Notes: a model not told the origin generated them from the sequence alone. 64,000 nt of DNA from an uncultured Pseudomonadota bacterium (GCA_963836235.1 CAWIIP010000004.1:128001-192000), one strand, 5' to 3'. Positions 9,695 to 19,387 are shown, numbered from the stretch's first letter. Program-made: numbers and translations.

Positions 9695-10338
9695 TTCAAA
9701 GCATCCTTTGCCGCCTTCATTAAATCTTCCGGGTTGACTCTTATTTTAATATCCGCGTTGAAATAAACGAAATGAATAAGACCCTTGGTGTCCACCACAA
9801 AGGCCGCTGGAACGGGCAATTCGTGGAGGGAATTCCCCGTGGCTTTGTCCAGATCGTGGCCGTAACTTTTCATCATCCCCAGCGTTTTCTCATCCAGGCG
9901 ATAGGCCAGGCCGAATTGACGGGTCAACTCCATGGTCCGGTCGGAAAGCAGGATATAGTTGATCCCGTGTTTCTCCAGGCTTTCCTTCAGGCTTTCGGGT
10001 TTGTCCGGCGTAATCGCCAAGACTTGATAACCCATTTTCATCAAATCAGGTTCGATCTTCACCAATTGGCCCATTTGCAAGTTGCAATAGGGACACCATC
10101 CCCCCCGGTAAAAAATAAGGATACTGGGCTTTTGGGAAATAAGGGTTTTGAGGGCCACCTTTTTTCCATCAAGGGTCGTCAGCTCCCCGTTGGGAATGCT
10201 TTGCCCCTTTTTGAGGGGTTGGACATCCTGCGGATTATCGTAAATCGGTTTTTTCATGGAATCGGCCCGAGCCATTTCAACCATTCCCAAACCTCCTCCA
10301 AAAAGAACCGTCAGGATGAGCGCCCATCGCTTTAACAT
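9691..10338 (-). CDS. Exported peroxiredoxin-like (AhpC/TSA) protein
   Basis: Signal peptide; FYRGGWCPYC thioredoxin-fold motif; LPVPAAFVVD. Confidence 0.85.
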   Translation of the reverse strand: MLKRWALILTVLFGGGLGMVEMARADSMKKPIYDNPQDVQPLKKGQSIPNGELTTLDGKKVALKTLISQKPSILIFYRGGWCPYCNLQMGQLVKIEPDLMKMGYQVLAITPDKPESLKESLEKHGINYILLSDRTMELTRQFGLAYRLDEKTLGMMKSYGHDLDKATGNSLHELPVPAAFVVDTKGLIHFVYFNADIKIRVNPEDLMKAAKDALK

Positions 10339-10570
10339 TCACCACCTCCGTGATTTTTAGTTTCCCGATGATTTGAAGGGATGAATACCTGGCCCTAGTT
10401 ATGAGGGCAAATACGTTCATCTGGTATGAAAAGTTACTTCCCTTGACCAAAACAAAGGTAAAGTATTGGCCTTGTCCACGACGGGGACCCGTCGTGGACA
10501 GGCAAACCGACGGTTGAATCGGCCCCAATTTCGGTGTATTCTTACTGGTAAGATTACTGGGAGGTAACCT

Positions 10571-10831
10571 ATGACAGTAGCGACCACAAAGCTTTCCTCG
10601 AAGGGGCAGGTAGTTATTCCTGAATCCATCCGCAAGAGCCTGCATCTCAAAGAAGGAGACCAATTCGTCGTCGTCGGCCAGGGGGATTCGGTGATCTTCA
10701 AAGCCATCACCCCGCCTTCCCTGAATCAACTTGACGGCTTACTGGCGACGGCGCGAAAGCAGGCGCGTGAAGCCAGCTTGCGCCCATCGGATATAAAGAC
10801 CGCGATTGCCCGGGTCCGGCGCGGTAAATGA
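10571..10831 (+). CDS. AbrB/MazE-family antitoxin
   Basis: TKLSSKGQVVIPESIRK motif; upstream palindrome TCTTAC-TG-GTAAGA (10540-10553). Confidence 0.88.
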   Translation: MTVATTKLSSKGQVVIPESIRKSLHLKEGDQFVVVGQGDSVIFKAITPPSLNQLDGLLATARKQAREASLRPSDIKTAIARVRRGK

Positions 10832-11229
10832 AAAGGATTGTTGTAATCGACACAAATGTTCTTGTGTCAGGAATCTTCTGGAAAGGGACACCTTACCAAG
10901 TAATTAAATCTTGGGAACGGGGCGACTTCAAGTTGTTGGCATCCCCGGAAATCTTTGATGAATACCGCCGTGTCTTCGCCGACCTTGCCAAACGGCATCC
11001 CGGCGTCGAGGTTGGGGCCATCCTTGAAATTATCGAATTGAATTGCGAATTGGTGAATGCCAAACCTGTCCACGGTGTTTGTAAAGACCCAGATGATGAT
11101 AAGTTCATAGCAGTGGCATTGGCAGGTGGCGCTGAGTTTATTGTCTCAGGCGACAAGGCATTGTTGGATGTTGGGGTTCATCAAAATGTTAAAATCATGA
11201 ATCCGTCCAATTTTCTGAAAAACCTATAA
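10828..11229 (+). CDS. PIN-domain (VapC-like) toxin
   Basis: VIDTNVLVS, CKDPDDDKF, IVSGDKALL. Confidence 0.88.
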   Translation: MKRIVVIDTNVLVSGIFWKGTPYQVIKSWERGDFKLLASPEIFDEYRRVFADLAKRHPGVEVGAILEIIELNCELVNAKPVHGVCKDPDDDKFIAVALAGGAEFIVSGDKALLDVGVHQNVKIMNPSNFLKNL

Positions 11230-11300
11230 TTGGGTTGTCCACGACGGGGACCCGTCGTGGACAGGCTAAATTGAAAAGTATGTTTATAGATGAGGCTTAA

Positions 11301-11978
11301 ATGAAGCGAAAATTAATCATGATACTTTTTTTATCATGCTCACAATTATGGGCAATTACACCCACGGCATCCCCTGGGCCCGACCCATCTGATGTCGAGG
11401 TAGTGAAGGATATTGATAATCCGAATAAAACCATTACAGCCGATTTTAAAGAAATTTTTATTAAGGCGAGCCATCAACCAACAAATATGGTTTGGCCCTA
11501 TTATCTAGACTTGGAAGGAAGGGGTCGGGACGAAGTCATAGTTTTTGGGGGTAGCAAACTTTTAGTTTTGAATCCAAATACTTTAAAAGTCGTTTTTGTA
11601 TTAAAAAACGATTTTAAAATTGATTTCGATACTGACGATAATATTCATTTTGGCCGAATTATTCAAAAAGGGCCCTATTGTTTTTGGTTTGAAAAAATCA
11701 CAAAAGTTCCAATGGCTGAAAATATGGTTCTTATGTCTTATGACTGGTCCTATGAGTGGTTTTTTTATTCTTTCATAGATGGCCAATGGAAAAGAGTTTT
11801 TTGCCAGAAATTTATAGGGCAGGATGACCACTACGGTGATGATCCCAACAATGAGGTGGATTTAAAGGATGGTAATTTAAGATGTGTAGATGTAACGGCA
11901 AGATGGGATAAAAAGTATAATTGCTTTGTTAAAATAGCTAAAACCAAGTTTAAGGCCCACACTGGTACCGGAAATTGA
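11301..11978 (+). CDS. Exported hypothetical protein
   Basis: Signal peptide, RBS GAGG; fills one cassette. Confidence 0.7.
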   Translation: MKRKLIMILFLSCSQLWAITPTASPGPDPSDVEVVKDIDNPNKTITADFKEIFIKASHQPTNMVWPYYLDLEGRGRDEVIVFGGSKLLVLNPNTLKVVFVLKNDFKIDFDTDDNIHFGRIIQKGPYCFWFEKITKVPMAENMVLMSYDWSYEWFFYSFIDGQWKRVFCQKFIGQDDHYGDDPNNEVDLKDGNLRCVDVTARWDKKYNCFVKIAKTKFKAHTGTGN

Positions 11979-12036
11979 ATTTGAGACACATTAGATGATG
12001 TCCACGATGGGGACCCGTCGTGGACAGGGGACACCA

Positions 12037-12066
12037 TTGCATTGTAACTACATTGTAGTGTATACT
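12037..12066 (+). promoter_or_regulatory. brnTA promoter/operator
   Basis: TTGCAT...TATACT with palindrome ACTACA-T-TGTAGT (12047-12059) between them. Confidence 0.55.
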
Positions 12067-12072
12067 TAAGCC

Positions 12073-12345
12073 ATGCTCGTCATTTGGGATCCCCAGAAAG
12101 CTATTTCCAATCTAAGAAAGCACGGGGTCTCATTTGAAGAGGCCCAATCCGTCTTGGAATCCGACGTTCAGTTGGTGCTGGAAGACAGGGGACACCACGA
12201 AGAAAGATTCGTCGCGCTTGGGTATTCGAAGAAACTAAACCTATTGGTGGTGGTTTACGCGTATCGGGAGATCGATGTTATTCGGATCATCTCGGCCCGT
12301 AAGGCCATACGAAAGGAAAGGGAAAACTATGAAAAAAGAATATGA
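12073..12345 (+). CDS. brnT: BrnT-family toxin
   Basis: WDPQKAISNLRKHGVSFEEA, EERF, RIISARKA. Confidence 0.9.
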   Translation: MLVIWDPQKAISNLRKHGVSFEEAQSVLESDVQLVLEDRGHHEERFVALGYSKKLNLLVVVYAYREIDVIRIISARKAIRKERENYEKRI

Positions 12346-12586
12346 TTTTTCAAAAGCTAAGGTTCATAAAGGCCCTCTGTTGGCTTCCAAGGGCTCTAAA
12401 ATTCAGAAAACTTTCCGGTTGGATGAGTCTGTTTACCTTTGGCTCATCGAGGAAGGCAAAAAACTAGGAATCCCCTATCAAACCCTCATGAACTCGATTT
12501 TGAAGCGTTCGATGTCCGATAACTCAACCCTCGAAGAACGCGTCCGAAAAATCGAACATAAATTAGGCCTGAAAAAGACAGGCTGA
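12329..12586 (+). CDS. brnA: BrnA-family antitoxin
   Basis: MKKEYDFSK, RLD, GIPYQTLMN; ATG at 12329 overlaps brnT. Confidence 0.88.
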   Translation: MKKEYDFSKAKVHKGPLLASKGSKIQKTFRLDESVYLWLIEEGKKLGIPYQTLMNSILKRSMSDNSTLEERVRKIEHKLGLKKTG

Positions 12587-12701
12587 TTTCCTCGAACAAA
12601 TCGGTTTTGTGAACTCGAAAACTCTGTCCACGGCGGGGACCCGTCGTGGACACTTAAATTAAAAATGTGCTTTTAATCGAATGGGCGGGAGGAATTCTTA
12701 A

Positions 12702-13235
12702 GTGCGGCATTTTCTTTCGATGGTTTTGATTTTTGTGTTAGCGCCGATAGTGTGGGCAGACGAGGGTACCCCGGTCCCCACCCCAACCCACCCCCCTATC
12801 ACAACCCATTGGACGACCCTGGGAGGAATGCAATATTTACAAAATAACAAGGCGTTATCCGGGCCTGAGTTGAAAGATCTTATTAACTCCATCGACGATC
12901 AACAAGCCACCGCACTTCTGAATAAATCTGAATCGGATGAAACGCTAGGATTTTTTGGATTGGGTGGTTCGGTAATCCTGTCGGTTGGGTCTTTATTCTT
13001 CCCGAATACGCATATCTACATATTTGGCCTGGATATTTCCACTCCTTATATGCCTATCGCCGTTCCGGGGGCGGTTTTAGGCGTCGCGGGCGGGCTCCTT
13101 GAACTCGAAGCCAATACCGCCAAATACGCCTCTGTCCAACGCTATAACCACGTTACTAAACAATCGGATTCAATTACTTGGAACCTCACTCCCCAAAAAG
13201 ACGGTTTGGGCTTAAGTTTAGGTTATAGCTTTTGA
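12702..13235 (+). CDS. Exported/membrane hypothetical protein
   Basis: RBS GGAGGA, signal peptide, PT-rich linker, terminal YSF. Confidence 0.7.
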   Translation: MRHFLSMVLIFVLAPIVWADEGTPVPTPTHPPITTHWTTLGGMQYLQNNKALSGPELKDLINSIDDQQATALLNKSESDETLGFFGLGGSVILSVGSLFFPNTHIYIFGLDISTPYMPIAVPGAVLGVAGGLLELEANTAKYASVQRYNHVTKQSDSITWNLTPQKDGLGLSLGYSF

Positions 13236-13267
13236 ATACCAGATCAAATTGGGATTGAAAGAGTTCT

Positions 13268-14530
13268 ATGGTTAAGAAGGGCTTTACACAAAAACGTTCC
13301 CGGCGGGTTACCCTGAAAAAAACCTCTTTTCTCTATCTGTCTTTATTTGTAATGACAATGCTCTCCCTCGGATTCCTTTTTCAGGGTTGCACTTTACTTT
13401 TTGTGTCAAAAGGCGAAACACGGTACGTCGAAAATAAGACGCCTCAAACTCCCCCAGCGCCGTCACTCTCCCGTCAAATGAATAAAACGGTTGTTTTAAA
13501 ATACAAAGTTCAGGAAGGGGATACCTTCCAGTCCATTGCCGCCATTTACTATGGCGTGACTTCAAAAGCATCCAAGGTGGCATCCGCAAACCATTTGAGC
13601 CTGAAATCGAAGTTGAAAGAAGGAAAGGTCTTGAGGATCGTGGACCCGGTTAATTTCCCGAACCCCAAGGAATTGGTGAAGAAGAAACCGACAGCCCAGA
13701 CTACGACTGAAACCCCGAAACCCGGCCCTATATCCCACCTAGATACCACGCCGGAAAACATCACCCAAGTACCCCGTCCTAAAAAGAACTACGCCTTTGG
13801 GCCCGGAGAAAAGCTTACCTTTGAAGTAAAAGCTCTTTCCATGGTGGGGGGATACGGGACATTGGAGATTGGGAATCCGGTCACTGTCCAAGACCGTCCT
13901 TGTTATCCACTGTCCGCCAAAGCCACGGCGGCTTTTCCTTTCAGCATGGTTTACCAGGTACATGATGTGCAAACGAGTTATTTTGATGTGGTGGACTTCC
14001 TGACCTGGAAATTCGAGAACGACGTTCTGGAAGGCAAGCACAAGGCCCAGAACTTGGAAATCTATGACCAGGTCAAACACAAGGTCGTACGGTCCAAGGG
14101 AAATGAGCCTCCTGAGGAAATAGACATAGCCCCCTTCACCCAGGACATTATTTCCTGCTTTTTCTACTTCCGCCTTCTGCCTCTCGAAGTCGGGAAGAAC
14201 TATTCCATTCCCGCTCAGGCCGCAGGCTACAACTATAACTTGATCGTGGAGGTCATCAAAAAAGAACGAATTACCATACCTTCCGGTACTTATGATTGTC
14301 TGTTAGTGAAACCCCATGTCCGGTACGCGACGGTTTTTCGCAACACGGACGATATCAATATTTGGCTTACCGATGACCAAAGGCATTTGCCGGTATTGGT
14401 CACCAGCAAAATATTTATCGGAAATGTTGAGGCGACCCTTATCGAGGCTAACCTGCCAAAAGTGAAAGAACCTGAGAAAAAGCCCGAACCAAGAATCCAA
14501 ACCCATAAGCGCAAAAAGGAGGAAGAATGA
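13268..14530 (+). CDS. LysM + DUF3108-like lipoprotein
   Basis: Lipobox-like FQGC, LysM YKVQEGDTFQSIA, GEKLTF...IWLTDDQRHLPV. Confidence 0.75.
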   Translation: MVKKGFTQKRSRRVTLKKTSFLYLSLFVMTMLSLGFLFQGCTLLFVSKGETRYVENKTPQTPPAPSLSRQMNKTVVLKYKVQEGDTFQSIAAIYYGVTSKASKVASANHLSLKSKLKEGKVLRIVDPVNFPNPKELVKKKPTAQTTTETPKPGPISHLDTTPENITQVPRPKKNYAFGPGEKLTFEVKALSMVGGYGTLEIGNPVTVQDRPCYPLSAKATAAFPFSMVYQVHDVQTSYFDVVDFLTWKFENDVLEGKHKAQNLEIYDQVKHKVVRSKGNEPPEEIDIAPFTQDIISCFFYFRLLPLEVGKNYSIPAQAAGYNYNLIVEVIKKERITIPSGTYDCLLVKPHVRYATVFRNTDDINIWLTDDQRHLPVLVTSKIFIGNVEATLIEANLPKVKEPEKKPEPRIQTHKRKKEEE

Positions 14531-15012
14531 ACGATCCTCAGGAAATTAATCGAACTTTTAACCGTCCATTTTCGAAAGCGGCCTTTCTTCTCCTGCTTTT
14601 GCTCTTACTTCCAACTCCAAAAGCCTATTGCCGTAACGAAGCCGTAACCATCCCGCTTATCGCGGCGGATTATTATGGATGGGCCTATACCGAAGCCTTC
14701 ATGGATAAGTCCTATGTTTACGGCTGGTCCACGGCAGGCGTGGACACCTTGGGGTGGACGATCCTTCTGACACGGAAGGAATATTCGGGTTTGTTTTTCG
14801 TCAATGTGGCGGGCATCGCCAAAACCGTGTATCCGGTGGTACAGCTTTTAGCTTCGTCGGACTCGGATACCCGAAGCCGGGCGTGGATTGCCTTGGGTAC
14901 CCATACCGCGACGCTGATAAGCCTGGAACTTTTAGGCAAACCGGCTTTGAGCATTCAAACCATGGTTCCTAAAAATGGGGGCTATGGGGCGTCGTTGGCT
15001 TTTCGGTTTTAA
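14527..15012 (+). CDS. Exported/membrane hypothetical protein
   Basis: Overlapping start/stop with the upstream gene; hydrophobic N-terminus; terminal FRF. Confidence 0.6.
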   Translation: MNDPQEINRTFNRPFSKAAFLLLLLLLLPTPKAYCRNEAVTIPLIAADYYGWAYTEAFMDKSYVYGWSTAGVDTLGWTILLTRKEYSGLFFVNVAGIAKTVYPVVQLLASSDSDTRSRAWIALGTHTATLISLELLGKPALSIQTMVPKNGGYGASLAFRF

Positions 15013-15039
15013 AATAACACCAAATAATAAGAGGGAAAA

Positions 15040-15414
15040 ATGGACGATTTGATTCTGTATTTAGGTGCTTTCCTGATTGGGTCTATTCCGTTCGGATTTT
15101 TGTTGGCAATGACGTTCAAGAAAATCGACTTGAGGAAAAAGGGGACCGGCGATGTCGGCGTGACCAATGCCTGGAAGGTAGCGGGTACCCCATTGGGCCT
15201 GTTGACGCTAGTTTTGGATATTTTAAAAGGTGGCACGGCAATTTTCCTGGCCCATGGACTTTCCCCCAAAGACCAGCCGGATTGGGTTCTGGCCGGTTTC
15301 CTAGCCTTGCTTGCCGATGAATTTCCCGTTTTCTTAAAGTTCAAGGGCGGTAGAGGGATCGGAACAAGCATAGGCGTTTTTGCGTCGCTTCTTTACTGGA
15401 TGTTGAGTAAGTAA
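15040..15414 (+). pseudogene. Truncated/short PlsY-like glycerol-3-phosphate acyltransferase
   Basis: GSIPFG, DLRKKGTGDVGVTNAW, DILKG, FKGGRG motifs, but only 124 aa (full PlsY about 200 aa) and FPV-preceding His replaced (DEFPV). Confidence 0.6.
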
Positions 15415-15523
15415 AGGATCCAGCATTTTATAAACTCGTTGAAATGGTGAAAACCCCTGTCCACGACGGGGACCAGCCGTGGACAACCTCGTCCAGGCTT
15501 TTTGAACCTCACAGTGGTATGAG

Positions 15524-16300
15524 TCAGTTTTTGAAAATGCTCCAAATGTGATTAAGGAATTTTTTTGGTTTTGGCCCTGTTTCATTTTTTTGAACATCCG
15601 GCTTGGCAAGATCAAAGAGAAGAATTTCGGTGGGCATTTGGGCCGTAAATGAAACGGAAATTTCATCGGATAAACCGGCACCATCCCCTGTTTGAAGTTT
15701 TAGATCATTCATTAGAATTTGACCGCTCACCACATGAAGCCATCCGTTTCGGTCCGGGCCAAGCTCATGAATTACATGATTGCCCTTTTGAATGAGCGTG
15801 GAGTACATCCGAACGTCCTTTTGTATTTTGAGCGATTCCTTTTCCCCCTCGGGAGAGGCGATGAGTTTCAAAATCCCCTTCCGTTCTGCGTGAGTAAAGT
15901 GTTTTTTTCTATTGCCCGGTTTCGACACAAACATGCTTGGGATAAACCCGCTTTGGAAGACATGTGCGTCATCGGTTAGCAAAGTGTCGAACCCATACTC
16001 TTTTATGACGGAAGCGAGATTGATCTGATGGATTTCCCCGGATTCAAGCAACCCGGACGTTCCCAATGGGCCATCATAGATAATTAAGCCTTCCTTAACA
16101 TAAGCTACGATCACTGCATTCTCATGGGTGCTTAGTATGAATCCCGTACCTGGGGAAAGTATTTCTTCGTTGAATATTTTGAGTCCGCCAAACCCATTTT
16201 GTAGGGAATCGGTATTATTTTCCCAGTCGAAGGTTCTCCAGGTGTTTCGAACATTGTCCGCAATATGACGACGTTCTTCCGACTTCCGCACGTTAATCAT
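15524..16300 (-). CDS. Pirin-like bicupin (YhhW/YhaK type)
   Basis: RKSEERRH, FGGLKIFNEEIL.PGTGF, WLHVVSG, GDGA, EILLFDL. Confidence 0.8.
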   Translation of the reverse strand: MINVRKSEERRHIADNVRNTWRTFDWENNTDSLQNGFGGLKIFNEEILSPGTGFILSTHENAVIVAYVKEGLIIYDGPLGTSGLLESGEIHQINLASVIKEYGFDTLLTDDAHVFQSGFIPSMFVSKPGNRKKHFTHAERKGILKLIASPEGEKESLKIQKDVRMYSTLIQKGNHVIHELGPDRNGWLHVVSGQILMNDLKLQTGDGAGLSDEISVSFTAQMPTEILLFDLAKPDVQKNETGPKPKKFLNHIWSIFKN

Positions 16301-16650
16301 TTTTTTGATTTCGTAATCGTTATTGGACGTTCAGCGAAGTCTAGTATGAGTCGGTTTAAAAAAGTTCGGGGGGGGGCGAAATTTTAGATAGAACTCTCAT
16401 GGGAGATTCTCCGAAGCGGTGGATTGTGTGCGAAAAAATTGATGTTTAAAATATACCCTGGTTTGAAAATTAAACCTGCCGAATTCGAAACTATTTAATA
16501 TTCAAGATTCTCCCACTGGCAGATTTATCAAAATGAGAGCCATGAAAAAGGAAAAAATGGTTAAATTTAGGAGTTGAGGGTTGTCCACGACGGGGACCCG
16601 TCGTGGACAGGGCGAAACCATAAAAAGTCGTTCCATTGGAGGTGAATTTA

Positions 16651-17085
16651 ATGGCTATTGATACCAGTGGCAAGTTCTGGAAAGGTCAAAACACCGACGA
16701 CTTGATCGAATATATCCGTCTTCTCACAAAAGAGGGATATCCCACCAGTAAACATGTCGTCGCTAAATGTACCTGCGGAAAACAACACTTCCAACTTACC
16801 GCTGACCAAGATGAAGGATGCGCCAAACGCATTTGTACTTCCTGCGGGAAAGAAACGTTTATTTGCGATAGTGAAGAAGCGTGGCAGGACTCCTCCTCGA
16901 AGAAATTAAAGTGTAAATGCAAAACGGACATTTTTGAGATCGTTGTTGGCTTTTCCCTGAGAGACGATGGTGAGATAAAATGGGTTAACGTCGGTCAACG
17001 ATGTGTTAATTGCGGAATACTTGGGTCGTATGTTAATTGGGGTATTGATTATGCTCCAACGAAACAACTTTATACGATGGTATGA
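16651..17085 (+). CDS. Cys-rich (zinc-ribbon) hypothetical protein
   Basis: RBS GGAGGT; CTC, CTSC, CKC, CVNC pairs; fills one cassette. Confidence 0.7.
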   Translation: MAIDTSGKFWKGQNTDDLIEYIRLLTKEGYPTSKHVVAKCTCGKQHFQLTADQDEGCAKRICTSCGKETFICDSEEAWQDSSSKKLKCKCKTDIFEIVVGFSLRDDGEIKWVNVGQRCVNCGILGSYVNWGIDYAPTKQLYTMV

Positions 17086-17115
17086 CTTGTCCACGACGGG
17101 GAGGCAAAGTAAACA

Positions 17116-17403
17116 ATGTATTTTAAGTTTTTGAATAAGCCGATACCAAAACGTGTTTACATTGAAACTAAATGGCTAAGGAAATTAGTGGCTTGGTATC
17201 TTATAGTTCACACGTTAATAGGGTATTTAATATTCTGGAAAATTTTTCCCCGGTATCATGCAGATGGTTCACTGAACCCTTGGTATTTTGTTTTTTTGCC
17301 CGTGATGTTGTTATGCGTTCTTATAACTTTTGTTATCTTTTATTGCTTTGTGGGTTATGTGGAAAAGTTTTTCCTTAAAAAGCCAAAAAATATAAAAAGA
17401 TGA
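17116..17403 (+). CDS. Small 2-TM membrane protein
   Basis: Two hydrophobic helices, basic ends; exactly fills the interval between two sites. Confidence 0.6.
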   Translation: MYFKFLNKPIPKRVYIETKWLRKLVAWYLIVHTLIGYLIFWKIFPRYHADGSLNPWYFVFLPVMLLCVLITFVIFYCFVGYVEKFFLKKPKNIKR

Positions 17404-17481
17404 TTAGATTGTCCACGACGGGGACCCATCGTGGACAGGGAAAAGGCTTTAGAAGGCTTTTCGATATGAGGAGTAAAATTA

Positions 17482-17811
17482 ATGAGCGATGAAGAGATTT
17501 TTGAAAGCGCCATCAATCAAAACGGGGATTTGGGCGCTGTATTCGAACGGGCGGACGGCACTTGTTACTTTTACTTATGCAAAATAAAAGATGGAAAACC
17601 AGATGGGGTAATGGACACGATTCATGTCACCTCAAAAAAACCTGATTTTGGTCAAAAGGATATTGAAGTGAAGTGGAATCACTCAGGGGAAAAGGTTGGT
17701 TTCTTAGTGAAGGGGAAACTCGTTGCATTTTTTGACACGAAAACGAAAAGCAAACATGGAGAGAATATGACTCCGATTATTCCGGAGATCGTCGAAAGCT
17801 TCGGGGTTTAG
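17482..17811 (+). CDS. DUF2251-like hypothetical protein
   Basis: RBS GAGGAG; AVFERADGTCYFY...DTIHV...W....KVGFLVKG...FFD pattern. Confidence 0.55.
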   Translation: MSDEEIFESAINQNGDLGAVFERADGTCYFYLCKIKDGKPDGVMDTIHVTSKKPDFGQKDIEVKWNHSGEKVGFLVKGKLVAFFDTKTKSKHGENMTPIIPEIVESFGV

Positions 17812-17964
17812 AAAGCAAACAATAATTTGAGGTTGTCCACGATGGGGAGCCGTATTGGACGGTTAAATGATTAGTAGGCTTATTCAATAAGGGGAGGCGT
17901 TTATGAAATGGTGGATGAAAGGCCATTTTAATGGCGTTGAATTCATGTGGTGTGAGGTTCACAA

Positions 17965-18627
17965 ATGTTTCTGAATAGAGAAAAATATAAATGGTCTTTT
18001 GTTGGGATCGTTATAGGTTTTTTAATAGCGGGATGTTTTTGTAATGGTTTATTGTTTCATGAATGGAAAGATGTTATGGCGGCGTTGATTGGAGCTGCAG
18101 TTGGCGGTGGAGTTACATGGCTTACTACCAGAGAATTAATAGATCAACAAATTAAACTTGAAAAAGTGAAAAGCGAATTAATACAAATTCACTTCATTAA
18201 AGCCGTGAAAACAGAAATTAAAATTCTAAAAGATATTTATATGCAAATGGTTGGTAACGAAACTGAAAAACTTAAAGTTGGAGAACCTTTGAACCTTACG
18301 TGGTCAAATCACCAAGATTATTTTACGATTTATCAAGGCAACAGCAGTTTTATAGGTGGGGTGACAGATGATGCCTTGCGGGAATTGATTGTGGCCACAT
18401 ATGCGAAGGCGAAGGGGTTGTTGGATTCATACAGTCACAATAACGAATTGGTTGAAAGACTAGATTATTTAGCTAAAGAAAGTCGCACAGGATTTGGTAT
18501 GAAGCCGACGGTTACCGCAGAACAGTACAAAGATCATTTAACAATGATGGTTAAATATGCCGAAGGTATCAAAGGTTCGCATCAAGACTTTTTAAAAAAC
18601 GTAAATGAGTTATTGGCGAAAATCTAA
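17965..18627 (+). CDS. Membrane-anchored hypothetical protein
   Basis: Two N-terminal TM helices followed by a helical domain. Confidence 0.7.
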   Translation: MFLNREKYKWSFVGIVIGFLIAGCFCNGLLFHEWKDVMAALIGAAVGGGVTWLTTRELIDQQIKLEKVKSELIQIHFIKAVKTEIKILKDIYMQMVGNETEKLKVGEPLNLTWSNHQDYFTIYQGNSSFIGGVTDDALRELIVATYAKAKGLLDSYSHNNELVERLDYLAKESRTGFGMKPTVTAEQYKDHLTMMVKYAEGIKGSHQDFLKNVNELLAKI

Positions 18628-18793
18628 AAGGGGGTCTTGGTTGTCCACGACGGGGAGGCGTCCTTCTTAATTGCAATCCCAAGACCTGGCCCCATTTTTT
18701 CAGACCCAATTTTCCATAATCGTACGAGATGGTCAACACGGTTAGTCTCATTTCCATTCTAACGTCCTTAGGACTTTCAACCGTTTTTAAATA

Positions 18794-19387
18794 ATGGTAA
18801 AATTTCTTAACATGAGCAAAAAACTTGGAATTTTCATTGATAGCTGTGCTTGGAATTTCCTTTACGACCACGGAATAAATTTGTCCAAAGAATTGCCAGT
18901 GGATGAGTTTGATTTATTTGTTACGAAAGAAGTTGGTTCGTTCGAGATTCCAGAAATTCCTGAAGAGAAGAAAGGCCTCGCGGAATACATTCGAAAACAA
19001 AGGGAGGAGCGAGGCGTTAAGGAAGATTCGTATTTTGGTTTCTCTTCTTACAATGACCCGCCGGAAAAGCGATACAGAATTGGCGGTTTTGGTGAAGGGC
19101 GATTTGCAACTTACCGGGATGCAGAAGTGTTGAAGAAATTCCAGATAATACCGGCTCCGGGAGAAAAAGAGGGGAAGACAGGTCTTTATAAGAATGAAGC
19201 GGATGCCTCTCTCGCCGTCAGAGCTGGTGTTGGGAATGTTGTGTTGACAGCAGAGAAATTGAATAAAGGGCCGTTAAAAAAAGCCTCAAGTGAGTATGGG
19301 CGAGTAGTTAGTTTGTTGGGCTTTAATCCTTCAAATCAATCCTTGAAGAATTACATAATCTCGTCAGTTAAACCGAACAAACATTAA
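18794..19387 (+). CDS. PIN-like domain protein
   Basis: IFIDSCAWNFL, E, ADASLA, VLTAE pattern. Confidence 0.55.
   Translation: MVKFLNMSKKLGIFIDSCAWNFLYDHGINLSKELPVDEFDLFVTKEVGSFEIPEIPEEKKGLAEYIRKQREERGVKEDSYFGFSSYNDPPEKRYRIGGFGEGRFATYRDAEVLKKFQIIPAPGEKEGKTGLYKNEADASLAVRAGVGNVVLTAEKLNKGPLKKASSEYGRVVSLLGFNPSNQSLKNYIISSVKPNKH

Larger units (their letters stand above)
7627..18656 (+). repeat. Dispersed array of 28-bp palindromic sites TGTCCACGACGGGGACCCGTCGTGGACA separating gene cassettes
   Basis: Full copies at 7627, 9274, 10473, 11236, 11999, 12625, 15458, 16582, 17410, 17834 (exact at 10473, 11236, 16582); left half-sites at 17088 and 18642; all intergenic, all in the same orientation. Confidence 0.95.

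Noticed and set aside
10501-11998. Two adjacent cassettes of identical length (735 bp)
   Set aside because: Contents unrelated and other cassettes vary widely; treated as coincidence.
14727-14746. GTCCACGGCAGGCGTGGACA resembling the array site
   Set aside because: Inside an intact CDS with a shorter centre; probably chance.
7627-18656. 28-bp palindromes as a CRISPR array
   Set aside because: Intervals are 0.3-2.8 kb and contain whole genes; no cas genes seen.
7627-18656. Palindromes as classical attC or XerCD dif sites
   Set aside because: No GTTRRRY/RYYYAAC ends, no extrahelical bases, no intI; arms are identical and unlike the dif consensus.
7627-18656. Palindromes as simple intrinsic terminators or REP elements
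   Set aside because: No U-tracts, fixed orientation regardless of gene direction, precise half-sites, confined to one block, no RAYT seen; not fully excluded without the whole genome.
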